From IMG/VR virus record IMGVR_UViG_3300037245_003366, positions 1-49,813 of that record: a stretch of DNA of 49,813 nt; one strand, written 5' to 3'. Positions 7,737-14,939 of this stretch are shown piece by piece. Under the pieces are notes generated by a model, which had not been told where the DNA came from, ran no database searches, and saw only the letters and a list, made by a program, of their open reading frames with translations. A program made the translations under genes and the position numbers. Every line of letters begins with the position of its first letter. Position 1 is the stretch's first letter. This DNA is from a virus.

Positions 7737-7880
7737 ATGACAATCTATAATCAATCAGACTTAGAAGATGAAGACCAGGCTTATACATTCTGTGACCTGG
7801 CAGGGGATTTTGTAAAGGTGGTGGTTATAATGTTTTGTGTTGTAAGTGGATTGTTTGCGTTCTTATTTATGGGAGGGTAA
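7737..7880 (+). CDS. Small membrane protein (47 aa, C-terminal TM helix)
   Basis: MTIYNQSDLEDEDQAYTFCDLAGDFVKVVVIMFCVVSGLFAFLFMGG; GGGGAGG upstream. Confidence 0.45.
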   Translation: MTIYNQSDLEDEDQAYTFCDLAGDFVKVVVIMFCVVSGLFAFLFMGG

Positions 7881-7884
7881 AGAA

Positions 7885-8154
7885 ATGATACAACTTGAAT
7901 GTGATGAATGCAAAGTTGAGGAGTTGAAGAGTCAAAAAGGGGAGATTGAAAGTCTTGAGTTTCTCCTCAATGAAAGTAATCAAATAATTGATAATTTGAA
8001 TGAGGAGATTAATTATTTGAATGGGGAAATTGAGGAGATTGAGAGTGTCCGAAATGATTTGAAGGCTGCGGATAAGAAGATTAACAGGTTGATGGAGCAA
8101 GTTGAGGAATTGAAGGATGAAATGAAAGCAGAGGCAGTTAGAGGAGATAATTAA
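7885..8154 (+). CDS. Coiled-coil protein (89 aa)
   Basis: Heptad-like E/L/N-rich sequence. ATG 7885 has GGGAGGG upstream; the track start at 7846 is less likely. Confidence 0.55.
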   Translation: MIQLECDECKVEELKSQKGEIESLEFLLNESNQIIDNLNEEINYLNGEIEEIESVRNDLKAADKKINRLMEQVEELKDEMKAEAVRGDN

Positions 8155-8156
8155 AA

Positions 8157-8321
8157 ATGGACATCATAATTTTAGATGAATATAACAAACAGGTGGAGTG
8201 GTTTGAGAGGGAACTGGCAGGGGAGAAGGATGAAAGGATGCGGATTTATCTTTCGGGAATGTTGGGAGTGTTGGTAGGGAATAGGGATTTGTTGGAAAGC
8301 AGCTTAGAATCTCCCTTATAA
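8157..8321 (+). CDS. Hypothetical protein (54 aa)
   Basis: MDIIILDEYNKQVEWFERELAGEKDERMRIYLSGMLGVLVGNRDLLESSLESPL; GAGGAG upstream. Confidence 0.4.
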   Translation: MDIIILDEYNKQVEWFERELAGEKDERMRIYLSGMLGVLVGNRDLLESSLESPL

Positions 8322-8404
8322 TCAAGGTTAAATTGGTATGGTAGGGTAGAGGGAGGGAGAAGTAGCTGAGAATCGACGTTTTAACACCTTAAAGGAGATT
8401 AACT

Positions 8405-8590
8405 ATGAATAAAGATAAGTCGCCATGTAAAGGATGTCAAAATGTATGGATGGATAAGGATTTATGTTTGTTGATTAAGTGTGAGGAGTTGAATGAATAT
8501 CAACAGGGGATTAAGAGTGTTGATTTGTTTATAGGGGATATTGAGACGTTTAGAGATGAAGTGAGAGTGAGGTTTGAGGTTAGGGAGTAA
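8405..8590 (+). CDS. Small Cys-containing protein (61 aa)
   Basis: CKGCQN...C..IKC; AAAGGAG upstream. Confidence 0.5.
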   Translation: MNKDKSPCKGCQNVWMDKDLCLLIKCEELNEYQQGIKSVDLFIGDIETFRDEVRVRFEVRE

Positions 8591-8613
8591 ATAATATAAA
8601 AGGAGACGATAAA

Positions 8614-8820
8614 ATGAAAAGCTTACAGGATTTTGAGGATAATTTGGCGAAGGAGTTGTATGGAGAGACTACTGAGGAAGCACAAGGTAAAGGGCTTTGT
8701 ATTCAATGTAAGGAAGAAGCGTTGCCTAAGTGTTATTCGGAAGCCGGGAGGTGGGAGTATCAAGTATCAGGGCTTTGTGAAATTTGTTTTGATGAGATAA
8801 CAGGGGAGGTAGAGGAATGA
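8614..8820 (+). CDS. Small zinc-ribbon-like protein (68 aa)
   Basis: CIQCKEEALPKC....CEICF; AAAGGAG upstream. Confidence 0.55.
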   Translation: MKSLQDFEDNLAKELYGETTEEAQGKGLCIQCKEEALPKCYSEAGRWEYQVSGLCEICFDEITGEVEE

Positions 8821-9053
8821 TTGAATTGATGGATTGGGAGATGGGAAAGTTGAGGGAGGCTTGTGGAGAGTTGAAGACGATAGGGAGGACAAGTATTTGT
8901 CCTTTTGGGAACTGTAAAAATTGTAAGGTGATGTTTCCGGAGATTGGGTTAGGTTGCCCTTGTGGTTGTGTTGCGAGAGGGGAGTTGAAATTGAAAGGCG
9001 TGATTAGGAAGGTGGAGGAGGTTCTTGAGAAGGGAGGGATAGAAGATGCATAA
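8817..9053 (+). CDS. Small Cys-rich protein (78 aa)
   Basis: CPFGNCKNCK...GCPCGC. The start overlaps the previous stop (ATGA). Confidence 0.5.
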   Translation: MIELMDWEMGKLREACGELKTIGRTSICPFGNCKNCKVMFPEIGLGCPCGCVARGELKLKGVIRKVEEVLEKGGIEDA

Positions 9054-9246
9054 AGATTACACAGAAAGGTTAGTTTGGAAAGGAGGGATCGAGCCGGAGG
9101 TGTTTCCATGTATGGTATGTGGGAAGAGGAAAGCCAGGTGGAGGAGTTTGCTGGTGGATGGGGATTTGAGGGTGAGGGTGTGTCATTGTGGGGATTGTGG
9201 GAGATTGGGGGGGATGGAAATGTGGCTTTTAATAGAGAGGGGGTAA
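9046..9246 (+). CDS. Small zinc-ribbon-like protein (66 aa)
   Basis: CMVCGKRKA....CHCGDCG; GGGAGGG upstream. Confidence 0.5.
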   Translation: MHKDYTERLVWKGGIEPEVFPCMVCGKRKARWRSLLVDGDLRVRVCHCGDCGRLGGMEMWLLIERG

Positions 9247-9251
9247 AAAAC

Positions 9252-9665
9252 ATGGGAGTTAATAAGTCGATAGAGAGAAGGGCATCATGGCAAACATTTT
9301 TTGATTTGTACGGTAATAAGGATATGAATGATTTCATGCCGATAGAAGATCCTTGGATAGGTTATCGAATAATAGAGGAATATGATACAGAAGAGGTTAA
9401 TTATTACTGGAATTTATTAAAGGGGAAAAGTATGTTTGTTGATAAATTGAGGGATATAACTAAGAATAGTTTGAAGAGGAGATTTGTAAACCACTTAAGA
9501 ACAGCTGCTCAAGCGGGAAGGTCTTTTGTATGTTTAACTGATATGAATGCGAGCCTTTTTAGATGGTTGGAAGAAAATAAAAGGAAACTGGAAAAAGCCG
9601 GTTTGAAAGTGAAAGCAAAAAAGGCGAAGTTTAGAAAAGTAGATTGTTATTATATTTCTTGGTAA
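9252..9665 (+). CDS. Hypothetical protein (137 aa)
   Basis: Internal ATG 9252 of track ORF 9075..9665 has AGAGGGGG upstream and does not overlap the 9046 ORF. Confidence 0.55.
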   Translation: MGVNKSIERRASWQTFFDLYGNKDMNDFMPIEDPWIGYRIIEEYDTEEVNYYWNLLKGKSMFVDKLRDITKNSLKRRFVNHLRTAAQAGRSFVCLTDMNASLFRWLEENKRKLEKAGLKVKAKKAKFRKVDCYYISW

Positions 9666-9699
9666 AATGTGGTTGAGGATTGAGAGGAGGTGATGGGGG

Positions 9700-9834
9700 A
9701 TGCAGAAAATAATATGCTACTTTTTTGGACATAAATTAATTGTTCTTACAAGAATAAATAATAATTGTAGTCAGTTCGGACATGCTATTTGTTCAAGGTG
9801 TGGACACGTAGAGAATTATCAATACGATTTTTAA
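9700..9834 (+). CDS. DUF1660-like zinc-ribbon minigene (44 aa), paralog of 13842..13985
   Basis: MQKIICYFFGHKLIV...CSRCGHVENYQYDF shares (I/L)C(Y/F)xFGH(K/N)..[n]..CSRCG(H/Y)xE..(Q/F)(Y/F)D with the 13842 ORF. GAGGAGG upstream. Confidence 0.5.
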   Translation: MQKIICYFFGHKLIVLTRINNNCSQFGHAICSRCGHVENYQYDF

Positions 9835-9844
9835 AAATAACCCC

Positions 9845-9883
9845 TTGACATTCTGCTTTGCATGATTTACATTACAATCATGC
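9845..9883 (+). promoter_or_regulatory. Sigma70-like promoter (TTGACA-17-TACATT) overlapped by a perfect 8-bp palindromic operator
   Basis: TTGACA at 9845..9850; -10-like TACATT at 9868..9873; palindrome GCATGATT-N8-AATCATGC at 9860..9883. It sits immediately upstream of the RHH gene. Confidence 0.5.
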
Positions 9884-9898
9884 TAAAGGAGGAAGGAA

Positions 9899-10072
9899 AT
9901 GGAAAGGGAAAAGAGATTAGAGTATAAGAGTTATTCGACTAGGAAGTTTAGGGTTGATCTGCATGAGAGGTTGAGGATAACGGCAGCGATGGAGAGGAAG
10001 ACTATTGAAGATATGTTGAATTTGGTGATTGAAAAAGGGTTGGGGTGGTATGAGAAGGGAGGGGAGGGATAA
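9899..10072 (+). CDS. Ribbon-helix-helix (CopG/Arc-like) transcriptional regulator (57 aa)
   Basis: ..STRKFRVDLHERLRITAAMERKTIEDMLNLVIEKGL.. fits the beta-alpha-alpha RHH pattern. AGGAGG upstream. Confidence 0.55.
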   Translation: MEREKRLEYKSYSTRKFRVDLHERLRITAAMERKTIEDMLNLVIEKGLGWYEKGGEG

Positions 10073-10270
10073 ATGACAAAACAATTTAAAGATGCACTTA
10101 GAGCAGGGTGTGTAATATGGAAAACATCGTGTGGTTGTGGAGGTCATTACGCATGGTTGACTCCAAGGAAAAGTGGAGCTTATACAATGTACGGGTGTAT
10201 TTGTCATAATAAACCTCCTAAAGTTAAAATAACGAAGAAGGTAATTATTTTTAAGAGAGGGGAAGAGTGA
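10073..10270 (+). CDS. Small Cys-rich protein (65 aa)
   Basis: ..GCVIWKTSCGCGGH...YGCICH.. Confidence 0.5.
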   Translation: MTKQFKDALRAGCVIWKTSCGCGGHYAWLTPRKSGAYTMYGCICHNKPPKVKITKKVIIFKRGEE

Positions 10271-10271
10271 G

Positions 10272-10517
10272 ATGAAAGAAAGAACTGAAAAGCAGAAGGT
10301 GGCGTATGCAAGGAACTTTGGGAAATTTAAGTTAAAAGGGGTTAAGGCTCTTTTGAAGAATTTATCAACGGAGAAGAATCTTACTCACGGGGAAGGATTT
10401 TCTTTGCTTATGGTTATAAAACAGATTGATAAGAATCTTTTGGATCATTGGGATTTGAATAATAAAGATTTTTTTGGATTAGGGAAGAGGAAGGAGTTTA
10501 AAAATGTTCAACTGTGA
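10272..10517 (+). CDS. Hypothetical basic protein (81 aa)
   Basis: ORF with GAGGGG upstream. Confidence 0.5.
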   Translation: MKERTEKQKVAYARNFGKFKLKGVKALLKNLSTEKNLTHGEGFSLLMVIKQIDKNLLDHWDLNNKDFFGLGKRKEFKNVQL

Positions 10518-11424
10518 TAATCAATTATTATGTGATGTGGAAACGTGCGACGCGGCAGGGATTGCAAGACATTGCTTGGGGGTAAGAGGGTTAGGGGAGA
10601 AGCTTGCGGCGGATATGGGGAATTGTTATCATGCTGCGTTGGAGGAGCATTTTCGAGGTAAGGGGAAGGCGAAGGTGATGCAGATTTTTGAGATTGAATA
10701 TGATAAGTTGGTGCCGATTGGGGAATTTCCGAGTGAGCCGAGGTTTGCGAAGCCAAATGTTATGATGATAATGGAAAGGTATGTGGATGTGCATCCTTTG
10801 GAGAAATTTCCTTTTGTGGCGTTGGAATGGGAGGAGACAAAGGGATTGAAGTTGAGTGAAGAGGTTATGTTCTGGGTTAAAAGGGATATGTTGGTGGAGG
10901 ATAGGATAAGTGGGTTAAGAGAGCCGCTGGATCATAAGACAACCGGGAAGGTGACAGATTGGTGGATAAAGAAATTTAGACATAGTAGTCAGTTTAGTGG
11001 GTATATTTATGTGACTGGAGAGTTGGAAAAGATGCCTTGTGAGAGTATTTACGTGAATGCCTTGGAGATAGGGAAGTTGCCGGATAGTACGAGAAAGTGT
11101 AAGACGCATGGAGTTAAGTATAGTGAGTGTAGTAAGGAACATGCGAAGTTTGATCTGTTGAGATATTCAAGGACGAGAAAGCAGTTGGATAAATGGAAAG
11201 AAGATGCGCTGGCGATTGCGAAGAAAGCAGAGATATTGTTTAAGATATTCGCGGATATTGATTTGTTGCAGTATGCAAGGAGGAATGGAAGTTTTAATAA
11301 TGGGTGTACGTTTTGTGAGTTTAAGGGATGGTGTTTGATGGGGTTTAAAAAGGAAGGGATGGAGGAGTTTGTTGTGGGGGAGAGGTGGGAGCCTTGGAAG
11401 GGAAAGGCGATTGAGGCTGTATGA
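10504..11424 (+). CDS. Cas4/RecB-like PD-(D/E)XK exonuclease with a putative Fe-S Cys cluster (306 aa)
   Basis: N-terminal Cys residues, LDHKTTGK, SSQFSGYIYV (QxxxY-like) and a C-terminal CTFCEFKGWC (CX2CX5C). Confidence 0.65.
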   Translation: MFNCDNQLLCDVETCDAAGIARHCLGVRGLGEKLAADMGNCYHAALEEHFRGKGKAKVMQIFEIEYDKLVPIGEFPSEPRFAKPNVMMIMERYVDVHPLEKFPFVALEWEETKGLKLSEEVMFWVKRDMLVEDRISGLREPLDHKTTGKVTDWWIKKFRHSSQFSGYIYVTGELEKMPCESIYVNALEIGKLPDSTRKCKTHGVKYSECSKEHAKFDLLRYSRTRKQLDKWKEDALAIAKKAEILFKIFADIDLLQYARRNGSFNNGCTFCEFKGWCLMGFKKEGMEEFVVGERWEPWKGKAIEAV

Positions 11425-11560
11425 GATAAGCAAAAGTCGGTAGTTGATCGTCGTAAGGATGTTGATAGGTATAAGAGTTTACATTGTGAGAGGCATAAGC
11501 AGGATTATTTTGAATATTTGAGGGAGTGTCCTATATGTATAGGAGAAAGGATGGTTTAGG

Positions 11561-11899
11561 ATGATTACATTTATGTTTGGAGTTTTAAGTTCAATTGTTT
11601 TTTGGATGCTTTGGTTTGGTGGAAGTTTTTTTATCGGAACTATTGTACTAAAATATTTCTCACCCAGAACCTTTAAGCATATAATTACAGGAAAAGATAG
11701 ATGGGGAGATAATGATACTGAAGACATGATAGCTGTGGGTATTATTGTCATCGTTGTTTATTTATTTTGGCCTGTGTTTCTGTTCGGGTGGATTCTTAAA
11801 CTCCTGTTTGTGAAGGTTTTATGGAGTATATTTCGTGCAGGAATTAAAGGTGTTGATGAAATGGTTCCTGAAATAAAAATTAAAAAGAAAGAAGAGTAA
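11561..11899 (+). CDS. Membrane protein (112 aa, about 3 TM helices)
   Basis: Hydrophobic segments FMFGVLSSIVFWMLWFGGSFFIGTIVL and IAVGIIVIVVYLFWPVFLFGWILKLLF. Confidence 0.6.
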   Translation: MITFMFGVLSSIVFWMLWFGGSFFIGTIVLKYFSPRTFKHIITGKDRWGDNDTEDMIAVGIIVIVVYLFWPVFLFGWILKLLFVKVLWSIFRAGIKGVDEMVPEIKIKKKEE

Positions 11900-11935
11900 G
11901 ATGCCCGGTATGTGAGGGCGAAAGGATGGTAGGGG

Positions 11936-12256
11936 GTGGGAGAATATAAAAGTGTTGTGTTAGTAAGTTGGTATAGTTGGGAAATTCCAGATACATTGGA
12001 TAAGTTGATTGAAGCGATACAGAGTATAAAAGCTTCGTTGCCTAAAGAGGTTAGAAATACGAAAGTCGAACTGGATATGGATTTTGATGGATGTGATTCA
12101 AATACGATTTTCAAAATTACTTGTGAAATTCCTATGACTGAAGCTGAGATATTAAAGAATGAGGAGTGGAAAAATCAGAACACTCTTGCGAGAGAAGGTA
12201 GAGAACGTCAGGAATATGAGAGATTGAGGGAGAAGTTTGGGGAGGAGGATAAATGA
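11936..12256 (+). CDS. Hypothetical protein (106 aa), GTG start
   Basis: There is no in-frame ATG near the 5' end. AAAGGA lies 10 nt upstream of the GTG. Confidence 0.5.
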   Translation: MGEYKSVVLVSWYSWEIPDTLDKLIEAIQSIKASLPKEVRNTKVELDMDFDGCDSNTIFKITCEIPMTEAEILKNEEWKNQNTLAREGRERQEYERLREKFGEEDK

Positions 12257-12495
12257 GTAATTACATTGAGAATCCGAACAGTTGTAGGGTTGATTTTTTT
12301 AAACAAGGCGGAAAATGGTATACGACGGAAGCGGTAATTTTTCAAAGTGAAGATTATTCAGGCACTCTAATCCATGATGCTTTTAAGAATGCTTTAAGAG
12401 AGGAAGTACCTAATCAATATTTAGGTATGAGGGCAATTTGTTTAGAACCTTATCATCAACATTGTCATCCAATAAGTTTAATTTGGGAAGGTTAA
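12253..12495 (+). CDS. Hypothetical protein (80 aa)
   Basis: ATGA overlap with the previous gene; GGAGGAGG upstream. Confidence 0.55.
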   Translation: MSNYIENPNSCRVDFFKQGGKWYTTEAVIFQSEDYSGTLIHDAFKNALREEVPNQYLGMRAICLEPYHQHCHPISLIWEG

Positions 12496-12636
12496 CCAGT
12501 TTCCCCAATATGTTGTTTTTTTTTGGCCGGGAAGTCAATTAAACATTAACTTTTTAGGAAAAAAGCGGAGATTAAGATGTAGGATCTCTTTTATCCTGGG
12601 AAGCGTGTTGGGGATTTTTATAAGGGGAGGTATGAA

Positions 12637-12852
12637 ATGAATGGGAGATTAAACGGGAAAGGTCATTTATTGATTGAAAGAGGAGGGAAGTTTAAAGTTC
12701 AAAGTTGTCCCTTTGATTCTGAAGATGATTGCGGCGATTGGTGTCCTTTGTTTGGGGAGCCTGTTAGGAATGCAAGAGGAGCCACGATAGAAACTTGTAA
12801 AAAAGATTTATATTTTAAAACTTTTTCGGATGATAGGAAGGGGGAGAGATGA
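12637..12852 (+). CDS. Small Cys-containing protein (71 aa)
   Basis: ..VQSCPFDSEDDCGDWCPLF..; GGGGAGG upstream. Confidence 0.5.
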   Translation: MNGRLNGKGHLLIERGGKFKVQSCPFDSEDDCGDWCPLFGEPVRNARGATIETCKKDLYFKTFSDDRKGER

Positions 12853-12865
12853 AGGAGGATAAGAT

Positions 12866-13036
12866 ATGATAATAACTACAGAACAAAGAGAAGAATTTGA
12901 AAAAGCCTCAAGACCTTTGATGAAATTTTTAGGTGATACTTTTCATCCGCATGTTAAGGTTATCGTTAATTATGCTTCTTCTGAAATATTAGAAAGTAGT
13001 GGAACGTTTAAAACTGAAGATTATGTAAAAGATTAA
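12866..13036 (+). CDS. Hypothetical protein (56 aa)
   Basis: MIITTEQREEFEKASRPLMKFLGDTFHPHVKVIVNYASSEILESSGTFKTEDYVKD; GAAGGAGG upstream. Confidence 0.45.
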   Translation: MIITTEQREEFEKASRPLMKFLGDTFHPHVKVIVNYASSEILESSGTFKTEDYVKD

Positions 13037-13048
13037 AGGAGGGATAAG

Positions 13049-13840
13049 ATGCAATTAAAAACAGGCCAAGTAGGGGAGATTCAGACATATAACATCGGAA
13101 AGCATGAGATACCATACAGGGATGTAATTCATCCGGATGGGGTAATTCGACTCGAATATTTCCACGAAAAAGGGATGGACAGCGCGGAGGCATATGGGAG
13201 GTTCAGGGCGAGGATGGTTTATTTTCAAAATGAGTATGCGAATTGGGCTACGGTAGGAATGGATAGTATGACGCTGGCAGAGTTGAGCGCGAGGAAGCAG
13301 GAGGAGTTGGTGTTGAATCCGAGTGCAAAGGATGCCCGGCAATGGTTTGCGGGGAGTACGTCAGCGATGGAGGATATGTTTATTGTGAGATTTGGCGGAT
13401 TGCCGATGAATGTTGGATTGATATGTCATGTTGATAAAGATCCTGTGATGATTGCAAATGAATGTGTGAGGAATGCGAATGCGAGAGGGAGATTGGGAAG
13501 TCAGGGAATGATTAATGCAGCTTATCAGGAGCAGTATTTCCTATACACTCAACGTGATCAAGAAGGAAATAGACAATTTGCCATGAAGACGGAGAATGAT
13601 GGAAGGCACCAGGCGACTACGCAGATTGGGGCTCCGCATCCCTGTTATCCAAGTTTTAATAGTATTTGGACAGAGTGGGATAAGGGAGATATACCAAGGA
13701 TGCCGATTCATTGTTTGATTTATGGGGATACAGGGACAGGGAAGAGTACGTTTTTAGCGACGTTTCCGAAACCGATGATTGTTTTTTTATTCGATCCTAA
13801 AGGCAAAGACATTCCATTTTGGCATCATTGGGAGGGTTAA
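13049..13840 (+). CDS. Sak4/AAA_24-like recombination ATPase with rotated (circularly permuted) motif order (263 aa)
   Basis: The Walker-B-like segment WATVGMDSMT, then GGLPMNVGLICHVDKD and the C-terminal-type segment PSFNSIWTEW all come before the Walker A block MPIHCLIYGDTGTGKSTFLATFPKPMIVFLFDPKGKD. That block lies at the very C-terminus. Confidence 0.6.
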   Translation: MQLKTGQVGEIQTYNIGKHEIPYRDVIHPDGVIRLEYFHEKGMDSAEAYGRFRARMVYFQNEYANWATVGMDSMTLAELSARKQEELVLNPSAKDARQWFAGSTSAMEDMFIVRFGGLPMNVGLICHVDKDPVMIANECVRNANARGRLGSQGMINAAYQEQYFLYTQRDQEGNRQFAMKTENDGRHQATTQIGAPHPCYPSFNSIWTEWDKGDIPRMPIHCLIYGDTGTGKSTFLATFPKPMIVFLFDPKGKDIPFWHHWEG

Positions 13841-13841
13841 G

Positions 13842-13985
13842 ATGGAAAAAATAAGAAAGTTAATTTGTTTTATTTTTGGGCATAATTTTATGGCGATTAA
13901 AGCAGATAATAATGACCAATCAGTTTGGGGGTGGTTTTATTGTTCAAGATGTGGCTATGAAGAATTTTTTCAATTTGATAAATAA
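13842..13985 (+). CDS. DUF1660-like zinc-ribbon minigene (47 aa), paralog of 9700..9834
   Basis: MEKIRKLICFIFGHNFMAIK....FYCSRCGYEEFFQFDK; GGGAGGG upstream. The start is 1 nt after the ATPase stop. Confidence 0.5.
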   Translation: MEKIRKLICFIFGHNFMAIKADNNDQSVWGWFYCSRCGYEEFFQFDK

Positions 13986-14092
13986 ATCTGCACAGGCAGG
14001 TAGGGAGGGGGGGTGATATTTGAGAGAGTAAGAAAGGATAGTAAAAGGTTAAAATCAAAGTAGTTAAATAACATTTAAAAAGGAGAAAAAGT

Positions 14093-14866
14093 ATGACAAC
14101 AGACGCGTATTTTCCGTGGGAAGAGACAAAAGAGGATAATATCTTCCCGACAGGTGTGTATCACTTCAAATGTGATAAAATGGAAGATGGGATGAGTTCG
14201 ACTCAGAAAAGGATGTTCAGAGCGCAGTTTACTTGTAAACAGCCGACTGATTATGCCGGGATGAGTTATTTTGATAACTATGTGGTCGGGACAGAGGAGA
14301 ATCCGACGGGTATCGTGCCGGGAAGTATGGGAACGAGGAGTTTTAAGAAGTTTTTAGTGGCTGCTCAGATTCCGCCGAATAATGATGTGAATCAGTTGAT
14401 GACAGCGGCAGCAGGGACGGAATTGTTGCTAGTGATTACGGCGTTTAAGGAGACAAAGGAAGGGCAGTATAAAGGGGATAACAGAAATAAGATCAATGAG
14501 TATTGTAAGGTTGGAGATAAGGAGATAGGGGTTGCACCTGGTCAGGGAGGGGAAAGTGCACCTGGGATGCCTGTGGCGGCGGCTCCTGTACCTGCGCCGG
14601 TTGCGCCACCTGTGGCTCCGACAGCTCCGGCTGGACCAGCGGCTCCTGAAACTCCTGCGGCTCCCGTTGCGCCGGTAGTTCCTGCGCCGGTAGTACCTGC
14701 ACAGCCAGCAACGAGTCCGGCTCCTGTAGCTCCAGCGGCACCTGCCGCACCGGCGGCTCCAGCAGCAGCTCCCGCAACAGCCTTGACACATAGATGTATG
14801 ATTTGTCAGGCTGATGTACCGGCAGCGGAGTTTGCAGCACATGCACAAGGACATGCGAATCAGTAG
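14093..14866 (+). CDS. DUF669-like ssDNA-binding protein with a long Pro/Ala-rich linker and a C-terminal CxxC..HxxxH finger (257 aa)
   Basis: The N-terminal ~140 aa fit the DUF669 pattern (..IFPTGVYHFKCDKME..RMFRAQFT..GTELLLVITAFKE..). An (A/P/V)-rich stretch of about 90 aa follows. The protein ends ..THRCMICQADVPAAEFAAHAQGHANQ. It sits next to the Sak4-like gene, as in known Sak4-SSB modules. Confidence 0.55.
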   Translation: MTTDAYFPWEETKEDNIFPTGVYHFKCDKMEDGMSSTQKRMFRAQFTCKQPTDYAGMSYFDNYVVGTEENPTGIVPGSMGTRSFKKFLVAAQIPPNNDVNQLMTAAAGTELLLVITAFKETKEGQYKGDNRNKINEYCKVGDKEIGVAPGQGGESAPGMPVAAAPVPAPVAPPVAPTAPAGPAAPETPAAPVAPVVPAPVVPAQPATSPAPVAPAAPAAPAAPAAAPATALTHRCMICQADVPAAEFAAHAQGHANQ

Positions 14867-14894
14867 AGGGTAGAGGGAAGTTAATCTAAAACAT

Positions 14895-14920
14895 GCCCCG
14901 GTGAGAGTCCGGGGTTTTTT
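14895..14920 (+). terminator. Intrinsic terminator (CCCCGG-tgagagt-CCGGGG, then T7)
   Basis: Perfect 6-bp GC stem followed by TTTTTTT, 29 nt after the SSB stop. Confidence 0.75.
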
Positions 14921-14939
14921 TAAGAAAGGATAATTAAAA

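Noticed and set aside
9075-9251. N-terminal 59-codon extension of the 9075..9665 ORF.
   Set aside because: It overlaps the SD-preceded zinc-ribbon ORF 9046..9246 in another frame. It encodes G/W/E-rich low-complexity sequence. ATG 9252 has its own SD motif.
8726-9337. 203-aa minus-strand ORF, together with other long antisense or alternate-frame ORFs: 14429..14956(-), 14493..14846(-), 25815..26273(+), 26352..26684(+), 27446..27835(+), 28244..28603(+), 34547..34936(+), 47594..47974(+).
   Set aside because: They lie opposite, or out of frame to, clearly coding genes that have SD motifs and recognisable domains. Their products are low-complexity (P/S/L-rich). They arise from purine-rich or GC-rich coding strands, so they are shadow ORFs.
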